64,000 nucleotides of DNA, from the NCBI GenBank assembly GCA_002269645.1, contig NIVC01001881.1, positions 124,001 to 188,000 on the forward strand. Direction: 5' to 3'. This document shows positions 25,010 through 36,816 of this stretch, piece by piece. A program made the translations under genes and the position numbers. This stretch comes from Macrostomum lignano (taxonomy: Eukaryota). The notes under the pieces were generated by a model. It ran no database searches and was not told where the DNA came from. It worked only from the letters and a program-made list of their open reading frames with translations. How positions within the stretch are numbered: the first letter of the stretch is position 1; each line of letters begins with the position of its first letter.

Positions 25010-28000
25010 ATGGCTCAGCAGACGCGAACTCGTAGCGGTGTTGCTACCAGTGCCGATGTTATTCACTTTGCTGGCGACAGCTCTTTTAGTAATATGGTAC
25101 GGTCTATTGTCATTTATTATATAAAGTACGCTCAGTTCTATTTTTTCAAATTTACAAATCTAAGTGCTAATGATGGTAATTTATTTTTTATTTTAGGACT
25201 GTGATAAACGGCTGAAGCTTCCAAAAAAGTGAGTTATTCAACTTTTCTAAAAATAGATCTTGAAGTACTATTACTATAACTCTATTAGTACATTTGTTAA
25301 AGTGCATTTAATAAAGTACACTAGTTGATTTGTATCAAGTACATAAGGATATTATTGCTTTTTCTTTCAGAGCATTGGTTAATTAGGTACATTCATATAA
25401 TTCAGTTACTAAAGTACACGATTTAAGCAGTATAGTCAGGAAACTCTATTAAAGTACATTTGTTAAAGTGTCTTGAAAAGCACATTCATTAAAGTGCATT
25501 TTTTTGGTTAAATTGCATTGAAGAAAAGAGCGTCTATTTAAGTACATTTGTGAAGTGCATTAAATAGTTCATTTTACACCCTTTATGTTCTTGTTGTAGA
25601 ACTGGTTTCGTGTATGACGAACGCATGACGTTGCACAAACACGATTGGAACCCGAAATTTAATGAAGCTCCGGAACGAATCACCACCACCCATGCCAGGC
25701 TGTGCGAACTGGGATTGGTGCAACGATGCGAGCGTATTAGTGTGAGGATTTGTCTGTGTTTTATTTTATTTATTAGAAGCAGGGGGGTTGTGTGCACCCT
25801 GGCGCACTTTAAGCGACATAGGCACACAACCGGCGGGAGGCATTACTGCCCATTCCGCCGACTCCCCTGAGCAGGCATACAAGCGCGCGGATACGTACGC
25901 AGGCACACACTCACACACAGGAGTGTACAGCGGCCCTAACTTTATTTATCGTTAGGCATGTACACTTCACTGCGCCTTGGGGGGTTGGCTCTCAAGGCCG
26001 TTAATTGCACGAGCAGAGCCAAGCCGAGATTCCAATTCAGCCCCAAATTAATGTGACTGCACTTGGAATCGAGCCTGGGCCGCTGGCACACCAGAGCAGC
26101 TGCGCTACCGCTGGGCTACGGCCCCCCCTTTGTCTGTGGTTACTAAGCTTGTTTCTAGGATGTTCATTTTGGTTTCTATTCCTGTTGCTAGGCTTAGTCG
26201 CTGCTGCTGTGAATCGCTAAGGGGTGACTCTTTTGTGACTTTTAAACGACTCAAACGACTGCAATGCGACGGAGAGGCGACTGTTGATTCACGAGAGCGC
26301 ATCACGCGAGTTGCAGAATCGTAAAAAAGAGTCGCTAAAAAGTCGTCCAAAAGTCGTTGTGTTGGCGCTTGATAACTTTCCAAATGCGAAATGCGATTCT
26401 AATTCATCAAGTGACGCAGATGCGCTTTAGACGCAACCCTACAGTCCCAGAGTCGTTCCAGAGTTGCAGACCATAAAACATCTTAAATTGACACTTAACG
26501 CGACTGTTTAGCAACTTTTGCCAAGATATCGTTTTCACATTGGAATCCGCGATTTTTTTGTAATCTGTCTCAGGCTGAACCAATCACCGACGAAGACATC
26601 CTGCGGTTGCATTCGCCCGAATTGCTGCAACTATTAAAAGACAGTCAGCAGATGAGCGACGAGGAACAATGCAAACTAAGAGAGAAATTTGACGAGGCTC
26701 CGCTTAGTGTGGTAATTAGAAACCATAATTGCATGCTTTCAAATCAATTTACTGATAACTTTCTATTTAGCCTACTTCCAGCAGAGTAGATAAGGTTTTT
26801 TAAGTAAAAATTTGTTTACACTTTAGCACACGCACGATGCGGCCCGTCTATCAGCCGGCGGTTTGCTAAAACTGACCCAAGCTGTTCTGGATGGCAAGTT
26901 ATTAAACGGATTCGCTCTGATCAGGCCGCCCGGGCATCACGCTATGCGCGATGATTTCAATGGATTCTGCTATCTTAATAATGTTTGCTTGTCGGCGTTG
27001 AAAGCGCTGTCTAGTTCCGAAGGAAAGAGGTTCGATTTCTGTCATATTTATGAATTCTCCGGTGACTTTTTATTGATACTTTGATTTTGGGGAATCCTTT
27101 GTATAGCTTTGTTAAATATCGTGTCTATTTATAGCTCTGTGGCTGTAATTCCGTGTCTATTTATAGCTCTTTGGAAATCCCGTGTCTAATTATAGCTCTT
27201 TAGGAATTCCGTGTCCATTTATAGCTGTTTGGGAATCGCGTATCTATTTATAGCTCTTTGGAAATCCTGTGTCTATTTATAGCTCTTTGGAAATCCCGTG
27301 TCTATTTACAGCTCTTAGGGAATCTCGTGTCTATTTATAGCTTATTAGGAATTTCATGTCTATTTACAGCTTTTTGGGAATCATGCGTCTATTTATAGCT
27401 GTTTGGGAATCCCGGATCTATTTATAACTTTTTGGGAATCCCTTGTTTATTTATAGCTCTTTGGGAATCCTGTGTCTAATGTAGTGATGGATCGAAATTA
27501 TTTTTCAAATCCAAATCGAAATTTTCGGTTCTTTAGAATCGAAATCGAAATTGAAATCGAAATCAAAATCGAAGTTTTTTGAGCTTAACAAATTTTTACT
27601 TTTTCGCTAATCATGCAAAAAGGTTAACACCTTGCCTCTGCATGTATGAGCTTACATGTTTTATAAAAAAGTATCTTTGATATGTTTAAACCAGAATACT
27701 GAAGATTTAACTTACTTTAATAGAAATACGAAATAGAAAATGCTGGTGTATTATGTATTATACACTCGTACATAGAAATATAGTAGTTGTACTAGCTAAA
27801 GTTTTGCCCCCCTTCGGGGAGCAGAAATAATTAATATTCGTCTAATATAATATACCTTTTAGCAGGAGTACTTTAAGTGTTTTTCTTAAGCTTAAGCTTA
27901 AAATAGGAATTTTTGGAGATCGTTAATAACGCATTTTAGGTAAAACAAAACTATCAAATTTTTACAGTTTTTAGTTTAGAGCCCTGTATATGTCAACGTG

Positions 28001-31000
28001 TTTGATAAAAATTATTTTTATCATTTTTGATAAAAAATGGCCTTCGGGTGGCCAATAAGCAAGGGACGAATCCTTTTAAATGAAAAAAAATTCTTAGGGA
28101 GGGGGGCTAGGAATCGAATTCTCATTTTAATTCCAGGCTTATGTACCAATAAAACATGTTTGTGCAGAATTTTATAACAGACATTGAAATTCAACCATAC
28201 TTGCCTTCTTTCAGAGCTACTTCTACCAGTATGCTTCAGTACGCTACCAGTACCCTTGTAAGCCTTGACATGTCAGCAATCCCCCCCACAAGCCTTAACA
28301 TATCAACTCCCCCCTTGACATCTCAGCAATGCTCCCACAAGCCTTGAAATCTTAAAAAATCTGTCTATTTTCTAACCCTAACCCTAACCCTAACCCTAAC
28401 CCTAAAGCATTGAAATTTCAGTAATTCTCTCTAAGAGTCTATAGCACTACTACAGCATTATAGCGATTCCCTGCAAGCCTCGACATCGTAGGGATTCCCA
28501 AATGAATCTCTTAACTTTGACATGAAGCTTCTTTTTTTTTTACATTACGCTTTTTCTATCAGCGATCCCTCCCGTGAGGAGCCGACAAATAATGTAATAA
28601 CTTTTTTCCAATAAACTACATGTAGCTTCTGACATTAGCCTTGACATCTCATTTATTCCCCCGTGAGCCTTGACATCTCAGCTATAGATAGATAGATAGA
28701 TTCCCCTCGTAAGCCTTGACATGTCAGCGATGCCCCCCATAAACCTTGAAATCTAAAAAATCCCCTGTTAACCTTGAAACGCGCTAAAATCTAACCCTCA
28801 ACCCAAACCTGACGTAAACCTAACTTTCACCCAACCTAAAGCCTTGAAATCACAGCAATTCTTCTTCCCTAAGCCTTGGCATTTAAGTGATTCCTTCTTT
28901 AAGAATCACAGCACTATAACGATTCCCTCCAAGCTTTGACATCGTAGCAATTCCCAAATGAATCTTTTAACTTTGACATGACTTTTATTTTATGTATACA
29001 TAGTGCTCCTTTTATTTTTACATGACTCTTCTTCTATCAGCGCCCCCCCCCACCGTGGCAAGCCAACAAAGAATGCAATAAAAAACTTAAGTAAAGTACA
29101 TGTACTTTGAAGTAGCTTCTGACTTTTGCTTTAACATCTCAGAAACCCCCCTGTAATCTCAGTTATTCTCTGTGAGCCTTGACGTCTCAGTAATTCTCCC
29201 CAGCACAGCACTGTACTATAGCTTCATTTAATTTTTATATGACATTTCTTTCATGTCTGACATGACGCTTCTTTTGATTTTTACGTTACGCTTCTTTTAT
29301 TCTTCCATGATGCTTCTTAATTTTTTAAATGACACACTTTCATTAGTTTTTATATGAGGCTTCTATAATTTTTTCATGACGCTTCTATGCTTGTTTACAT
29401 GACGCTTGTATGATTTTTACATGACGCTTCTATGATTGTTTACATGACGCTTGTATGATTGTTTACATGACGCTTCTATGATTTTTACATGACGCTTTTA
29501 TGATTTTTACATGACGCTTCTATGATTTTTTACATGACGCTTCTATGATTTTTACATGACGCTTTTATGATTTTTACATGACGCTTCTATGATTTTTACA
29601 TGACGCTTCTATGATTTTTACATGACGCTTCTATGATTGTTTACATGACGCTTCTATGATTGTATACATGACGCTTCTATGATTGTTTACATGACGCTTC
29701 TATGATTGTATACATGACGCTTCTATGATTGTTTACATGACGCTTTTATGATTGTTTACATGACGCTTCTATGATTTTTACATGACGCTTCTATGATTTT
29801 TACATGACGCTTCTATGATTGTTTACATGACGCTTCTATGATTTTAACATGACGCTTCTATGATTTTTTACATGACGCTTCTATGATTGTTTACATGACG
29901 CTTGTATGATTGTTTACATGACGCTTGTATGATTTTAACATGACGCTTCTATGATTGTTTACATTACGCTTCTATGATTGCTTGCATGACGCTTCTATGA
30001 TTTTTTATGACGCTTTTATGATTTTAACATGACGCTTCTATGATTTTTTTACATGACGCTTCTATGATTGTTTACATGACGCTTGTATGATTGTTTACAT
30101 GACGCTTTTATGATTTTAACATGACGCTTCTATGATTGTTTACATTACGCTTCTATGATTTTTACATGACGCTTCTATGATTTTTACATGACGCTTCTAT
30201 GATTGTTTACATGACGCTTCTATGATTGTTTACATGACGCTTGTATGATTGTTTACATGACGCTTCCATAATTTTTTTTGTCTTGGCGTTAAAAGGCTTT
30301 AATTAAAAAAACTCTACTCTCTAAAAATTCGAACCATCGTCCCTGCATTTAGCAGTTTAGTCTGTTTACCTCTAGGCTAGCTCTCATGAATTTTAGTCAT
30401 TACCCCTAAATAGAAAATATTCCCAAGACAGCAAGCATACCCCCAGTAGCAAGCATCCCCTAATACTCCTAGCAAGCATCTACCCAGATAGCAAGCATCT
30501 GCAGATAGCAAGCATCTTGCAGATAGCAAGCATCTTGCAGATAGCAAGCATACCCCAAATAATGTAGAAGCATCCTTCCAGATAGCAAGCATCCTGCACA
30601 TAGCAAGAATCCCTAAATAGCAAGCATCCCTGGATAGAAATAATCCTATACATGTAGCCAAGCTTATCAAGCGCAGTAATCCTTGGCTATCGAGTGCAGT
30701 AATCCTTGGTTTATTAATAGCAATAATCCATGGCTTATCGAGTGCAGTAATCCTTGGTTTATTAATAGCAATAATCCTTGGCTTATCGAGTGCAGTAATT
30801 CATGGTTTATTAATAGCAATAATCCTTGGCTTATCGAGTGCAGTAATCCTTGGTTTATTAATAGCAATAATCCATGCCTTATCGAGTGCAGTAATCCTTG
30901 GTTTGCCAAGAGCAATAGTCCTTGGCTTATCGAGTGCAGTAATCCTTGGTTTGCCAAGTGCATAATCCTTGGTTTATTAATAGCAATAATCCTTGGTTTA

Positions 31001-34000
31001 TCGAGTGCAGTAATCCTTGGTTTATTAATAGCAATAATCCTTGGCTTATCGAGTGCAGTAATCCTTGGTTTATTAATAGCAATAATCCATGGCTTATCGA
31101 GTGCAGTAATCCTTGGTTTGCCAAGAGCAATAGTCCTTGGCTTATCGAGTGCAGTAATCCTTGGTTTGCCAAGAGCAATAGTCCTTGGTTTATTGAGTGC
31201 AGTAATCCTTGGTTTATTAATAGCAATAATCCTTGGCTTATCGAGTGCAGTAATCCTTGGTTTGCCAAGTGCATAATCCTTGGTTTATTAATAGCAATAA
31301 TCCTTGGCTTATCGAGTGCAGTAATCCTTGGTTTATTAATAGCAATAATCCTTGGTTTATCGAGTGCATTAATCCTTGGTTTATTAATAGCAATAATCCT
31401 TGGCTTATCGAGTGCAGTAATCCTTGGTTTATTAATAGCAATAATCCTTGGCTTATCGAGTGCAGTAATCCTTGGTTTGCCAAGAGCAATAGTCCTTGGT
31501 TTTTTGAGTGCAGTAATCCTTGGTTTATTAATAGCAATAGTCCTTGGTTTATTGAGTGCAGTAATGCTTGGTTTATTAATAGCAATAATCCTTGGCTTAT
31601 CGATTGCAGTAATCCTTGGTTTGCCAAGTGCATAATCCTTGGTTTATTAATAGCAATAATCCTTGGTTTATCGAGTGCAGTAATCCTTAGTTTATTAATA
31701 GCAATAATCCTTGGCTTATCGAGTGCAGTAATCCTTGGTTTATTAATAGCAATAATCCATGGCTTATCGAGTGCAGTAATCCTTGGTTTGCCAAGAGCAA
31801 TAGTCCTTGGCTTATCGAGTGCAGTAATCCTTGGTTTGCCAAGAGCAATAGTCCTTGGTTTATTGAGTGCAGTAATCCTTGGTTTATTAATAGCAATAAT
31901 CCTTGGCTTATCGAGTGCAGTAATCCTTGGTTTATTAATAGCAATAATCCTTGGTTTATCGAGTGCAGTAATCCTTGGTTTATTAATAGCAATAATCCTT
32001 GGCTTATCGAGTGCAGTAATCCTTGGTTTATTAATAGCAATAATCCATGGCTTATGAGTGCAGTAATCCTTGGTTTATTAATAGCAATAATCCTTGGCTT
32101 ATCGAGTGCAGTAATTCATGGTTTATTAATAGCAATAATCCTTGGCTTATCGAGTGCAGTAATCCTTGGTTTATTAATAGCAATAATCCATGGCTTATCG
32201 AGTGCAGTAATCCTTGGTTTGCCAAGAGCAATAGTCCTTGGCTTATCGAGTGCAGTAATCCTTGGTTTGCCAAGAGCAATAGTCCTTGGTTTATTGAGTG
32301 CAGTAATCCTTGGTTTATTAATAGCAATAGTCCTTGGCTTATCGAGTGCAGTAATCCTTGGTTTATTAATAGCAATAATCCTTGGTTTATCGAGTGCAGT
32401 AATCCTTGGTTTATTAATAGCAATAATCCTTGGCTTATCGAGTGCAGTAATCCTTGGTTTATTAATAGCAATAATCCATGGCTTATGAGTGCAGTAATCC
32501 TTGGTTTATTAATAGCAATAATCCTTGGCTTATCGAGTGCAGTAATTCATGGTTTATTAATAGCAATAATCCTTGGCTTATCGAGTGCAGTAATCCTTGG
32601 TTTATTAATAGCAATAATCCTTGGCTTATCGAGTGCAGTAATTCATGGTTTATTAATAGCAATAATCCTTGGCTTATCGAGTGCAGTAATCCTTGGTTTA
32701 TTAATAGCAATAATCCATGGCTTATCGAGTGCAGTAATCCTTGGTTTGCCAAGAGCAATAATCCTTGGCTTATCGAGTGCAGTATTCCTTGGTTTGCCAA
32801 GAGCAATAATCCTTAGCTTATCGAGTGCAGTAATCTAAGTGTTTTTATTTAGTCCTTTAATAAAAGCTTTTAATAAAAAAATTTACACTACTACTTTTAA
32901 ACTACTTAGATTCGAACCCAGGTCGCTGCATTAGCAGACTGGTCTGCTCAGCTCTAGGCTAGCTCTCATCGAAGTTATCAGTGAATTTGTACCACTTATA
33001 TAATTCAACACTCACACCAAGTCAGGTAGAGTAAAAAGTCACGCGAAGCAGTTATGACATAATCAATTTCTTAGGCAAGTCAGTACCAGTGTCTATGAAA
33101 GTTAACAATATGGTTACGTAATATAAATTCAGTACTGCACTATACTTTCACCCTCAAAGCTGTGACGCAATTCAATTGAGTGTCAAATTCAGCCAGTACA
33201 CAGACGATAAATAAAGTGTATTGTGATGCAATCTATTTCAGAATCAGAATTCAACCAGTCAGATTTTTCTCTAGCATTCTTACAATGCATTTCAGGTCGA
33301 AAGAGCTGCTTGACCTTTGCAAAAAATCATGTTTTTCGAATATTTAATCCCTTTAACATTGAGCAATTTCTTAGCCAATATGCATGTACCGTCCCGGGAA
33401 AATTTCTGATCGAATGGTGCAAGTTTGAAGAAAATCGGTTGAGCCGTTCGGGAGAAAATCAATTACAAGCAAGCAACCAAGCATTTCATTTTTAGTATTA
33501 GTTGTATTGTATTATACTTCGCCGCTGTTTAAGCTGAAGATCTAGATACGATTAGCCTATATCCATTTCATTAATTCTTCAAGTCTTTAGCCAATTAAAA
33601 TCCACGCCGATGAGTTCAGCCAGTGGGCTTGTGGAGGTTGAGGTGGGTGCAGCACAAGGCCTGGAACAGTGTGTGCCCCGCACAATCTTTTCTTGTAGAA
33701 AAGGCGATTCTCACCTCCCCACTGAGTCTTTGAACCGCGCTACTTTTCACTTCCTATAGATTTTCTTACTGGTGTAGCATGATCATCAATGTCTAAATTG
33801 TTAAAATATAACCAAAATTTCGAAATGATTTTCGATGAATGGTGTCGAAATTCGAAATCGAAATCGAAATTATTTCGATGCAAAATTAGTTTCGAAATTT
33901 GGAATATCGAAATCGAAATCGAATTTCGATCCATCACTAGTCTAATGCTGCTTAGTGAATCCCGTATCAGTTTCATACCATTGGCACCATATGCCTGCTA

Positions 34001-36673
34001 CAAGTTGAATTTTCCTCAAATCTCCCCAAACCGGCTTCCCAACCAGAATCCTGATCGTAGACTGGGACGTGCACCACGGTCAGGGCATTCAGCAGGCGTT
34101 CTACAACAGCTCCGATGTGCTGTACATCAGCATCCACCGCTACGAGCGCGGCGAGCATTGGCCAAATCTGCGCGAAGGCGACTACGATTTTGTTGGCATT
34201 GGCAACGGCCTTGGTTACAATGTGAACGTGCCGCTGAATGAAATTGGCTTGTCTAATGCGGAATATTTGGCCATATTTCATAATTTAATACTGCCTATTG
34301 CTACAGAGGTTTGTTATTAACTTATTGATTGACCAAGTTGAATTAGAGGTTTCGAAATGAGATTAAAGCTTGGGAGATGAGATTGGAGCTTGTGAGATGA
34401 GATTGGGGCTTGTGAGATGAGATTGGAGCTTAGGAGATAAGATTGGAGCTTGAAAGATGAGATTGGAGCTTGGGAGATTAGATTGGAGCTTGGGGATGAG
34501 ACTGAAGCTTGGGAGCTGAGAATGAAGATTGGAAAATGAGATTGGAGCTTGGTAGATGAGATTTGAGCTTGGTCGATGAGATTTTAGCTTGGAAGATGAG
34601 ATTGAAGCTTGGAAAATGAGATTGGAGCTGGAAAATAAGATTAATTTTTTGGAGCTTGGTAGATGAGATTAAAGCTTGTGAAATGAGAATGGAGTTTGCT
34701 AGATGAGATTGAAGCTTCTGAATCTGAGTTGTGAGATGAGATCGGAGCTTGGGAGATAAGATTGGAGGTTGTGAGTTGTGAGATGAGATTGGAGCTTGGG
34801 AGATAAGATTGGAGCTTGGGAGATGAGATTGGAGCTTGTAAGTTGTGAGATGAGATCGGAGCTTGGGAGATAAGATTGGAGGTTGTGAGTTGTGAGATGA
34901 GATTGGAGCTTGGGAGATAAGATTGGAGCTTGGGAGATGAGATTGGAGCTTGTAAGTTGTGAGATGAGATTGGAGCTTGGGAGATAAGATTGGAGCTTGG
35001 GAGATGAGATTGGAGCTTGTAAGTTGTGAGATGAGATTGGAGCTTGGGAGATAAGATTGGAGGTTGTGAGTTGTGAGATGAGATTGGAGCTTGGGAGATA
35101 AGATTGGAGCTTGGGAGACGAGATTGGAGCTTGTAAGTTGTGAGATGAGATTGGAGCTTGGGAGATAAGATTGGAGGTTGTGAGTTGTGAGATGAGATTG
35201 GAGCTTAGGAGATAAGATTAGAGCTTGGGAGATGAGTTTGGAGCATGTGAGTTGTGAGATGAGATTGGAGCTTGGGAGATGAGATTGGAGCTTGTGAGTT
35301 GTGAGATGAGATTGGCGCTTGTGATGAACAGACTACACATAGTACTTACTTACTAATAACTCTATTTCACTTCAGTTTTCACCGGATCTGGTGTTTGTAT
35401 CAGCTGGATTTGACTGTGCCATTGGTTGTCCTTTGGTGAGCTGTGGTTGCTATGCCCGCATTTATAATGTATACAGATTTTATTCTTTCATACCAAAGAG
35501 AATTTCGAACTAAATTTCAGGGCGAAATGCGGGTTCATCCAGCCTGTTTCGCTCATTTTACTCATTATTTGATGTCGCTGGCCAATGGTCGCATTGTGAT
35601 AGCGTTGGAGGTGAGTAACGTTTGCAGGAATAGGGAAGTAACACAGAAAAGGGTTGGAGGATCGTAAACATTGGGGAAGAATCACGGGTAATTAGGGGAG
35701 AATCACTGGTAGTTAGGGGGAGGAAATCACAGGTAATTAGGGGAAGACAATCACAGGTAATTAGGGGGAGGAAATCACAGGTAATTAGGGGAAGACAATC
35801 ACAGGTAATTAGGGGGGAGGAAATCACAGGTAATTAGGGGGAGGAAATCACAGGTAATTAGGGGAAGACAATCACAGGTAATTAGGGGGAGGAAATCACA
35901 GGTAATTAGGGGAAGACAATCACAGGTAATTAGGGGAAGACAATCACAGGTAATTAGGGGGAGGAAATCACAGGTAATTAGGGGAAGACAATCACAGGTA
36001 ATTAAGGGAAGACAATCACAGGTAATTAGGGGGAGGAAATCACAGGTAATTAGGGGAAGACAATCACAGGTAATTAGGGGAAGACAATCACAGGTAATCA
36101 GGGGAAGACAATCACAGGTAATTAGGGGAGAATCGGGATTACTTTCATTCAAATTCTATTCCCAATTTCCGCAGGGAGGCTATTGTCTCTCTTCCCTAAG
36201 CGAAGGCGTTGCCATGACAGTCAGGACGCTATTAGGCGACGCTTGTCCCCGACTCGAGGCCCTGGGCGAGCCGTCGGATAGCATCAAAGAGACTTTGCTG
36301 AACTGTCTGACAGCTTTGAGGCCGTATTGGAAATGCCTGCGAATGCAGGGCTCCACTGGTGACATGTTGATTCCGGATATATCGCATCTCAGCTTGAATT
36401 CAACGTGAGTTCGAAATTATAATTGTGGCTAAATATGCGACTAATCATTGTGGCTGTCTGTCTTACAGTCTATGTCAAACTCAATAGATACTTGTGCGAC
36501 GAATTTGTCATCTATTTTCACTTATGTAGTCTTGTGTCACTTATGCCACTTATTTGGACACTTCACTTTTGAGATAAGTGTCCGAAAGATGCGTCTAGAG
36601 TCAAATAAAAGATGAACTGTGCCGCAGACAGACACACACACAGACAGAAAGACAGACAGACACACACACACAC

Positions 36674-36708
<35 letters not shown>

Positions 36709-36724
36709 GGCAGGCAGACAGAAT

Positions 36725-36816
<92 letters not shown>

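Larger units (their letters stand above)
27482..33939. mobile_element. Non-autonomous hAT-superfamily DNA transposon, 6458 bp
   Basis: Perfect 18-bp TIR TAGTGATGGATCGAAATT / AATTTCGATCCATCACTA and perfect 8-bp TSD GTCTAATG (27474-27481, 33940-33947). Clustered ATCGAA subterminal motifs occur at both ends. No transposase ORF is visible. Confidence 0.9.

Noticed and set aside
26055-26128. tRNA gene
   Set aside because: A and B boxes are present but the acceptor stem does not pair; it is the head of a SINE with tail and TSD.
28372-28404. Chromosome end or fusion site
   Set aside because: There are only five units in one orientation, inside a transposon within an intron.
30683-32838. [13 protein letters not shown] or hydrophobic repeat proteins
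   Set aside because: The 48-bp unit keeps frames open by chance, shortened units shift the frames repeatedly, and there is no signal peptide or splice support.
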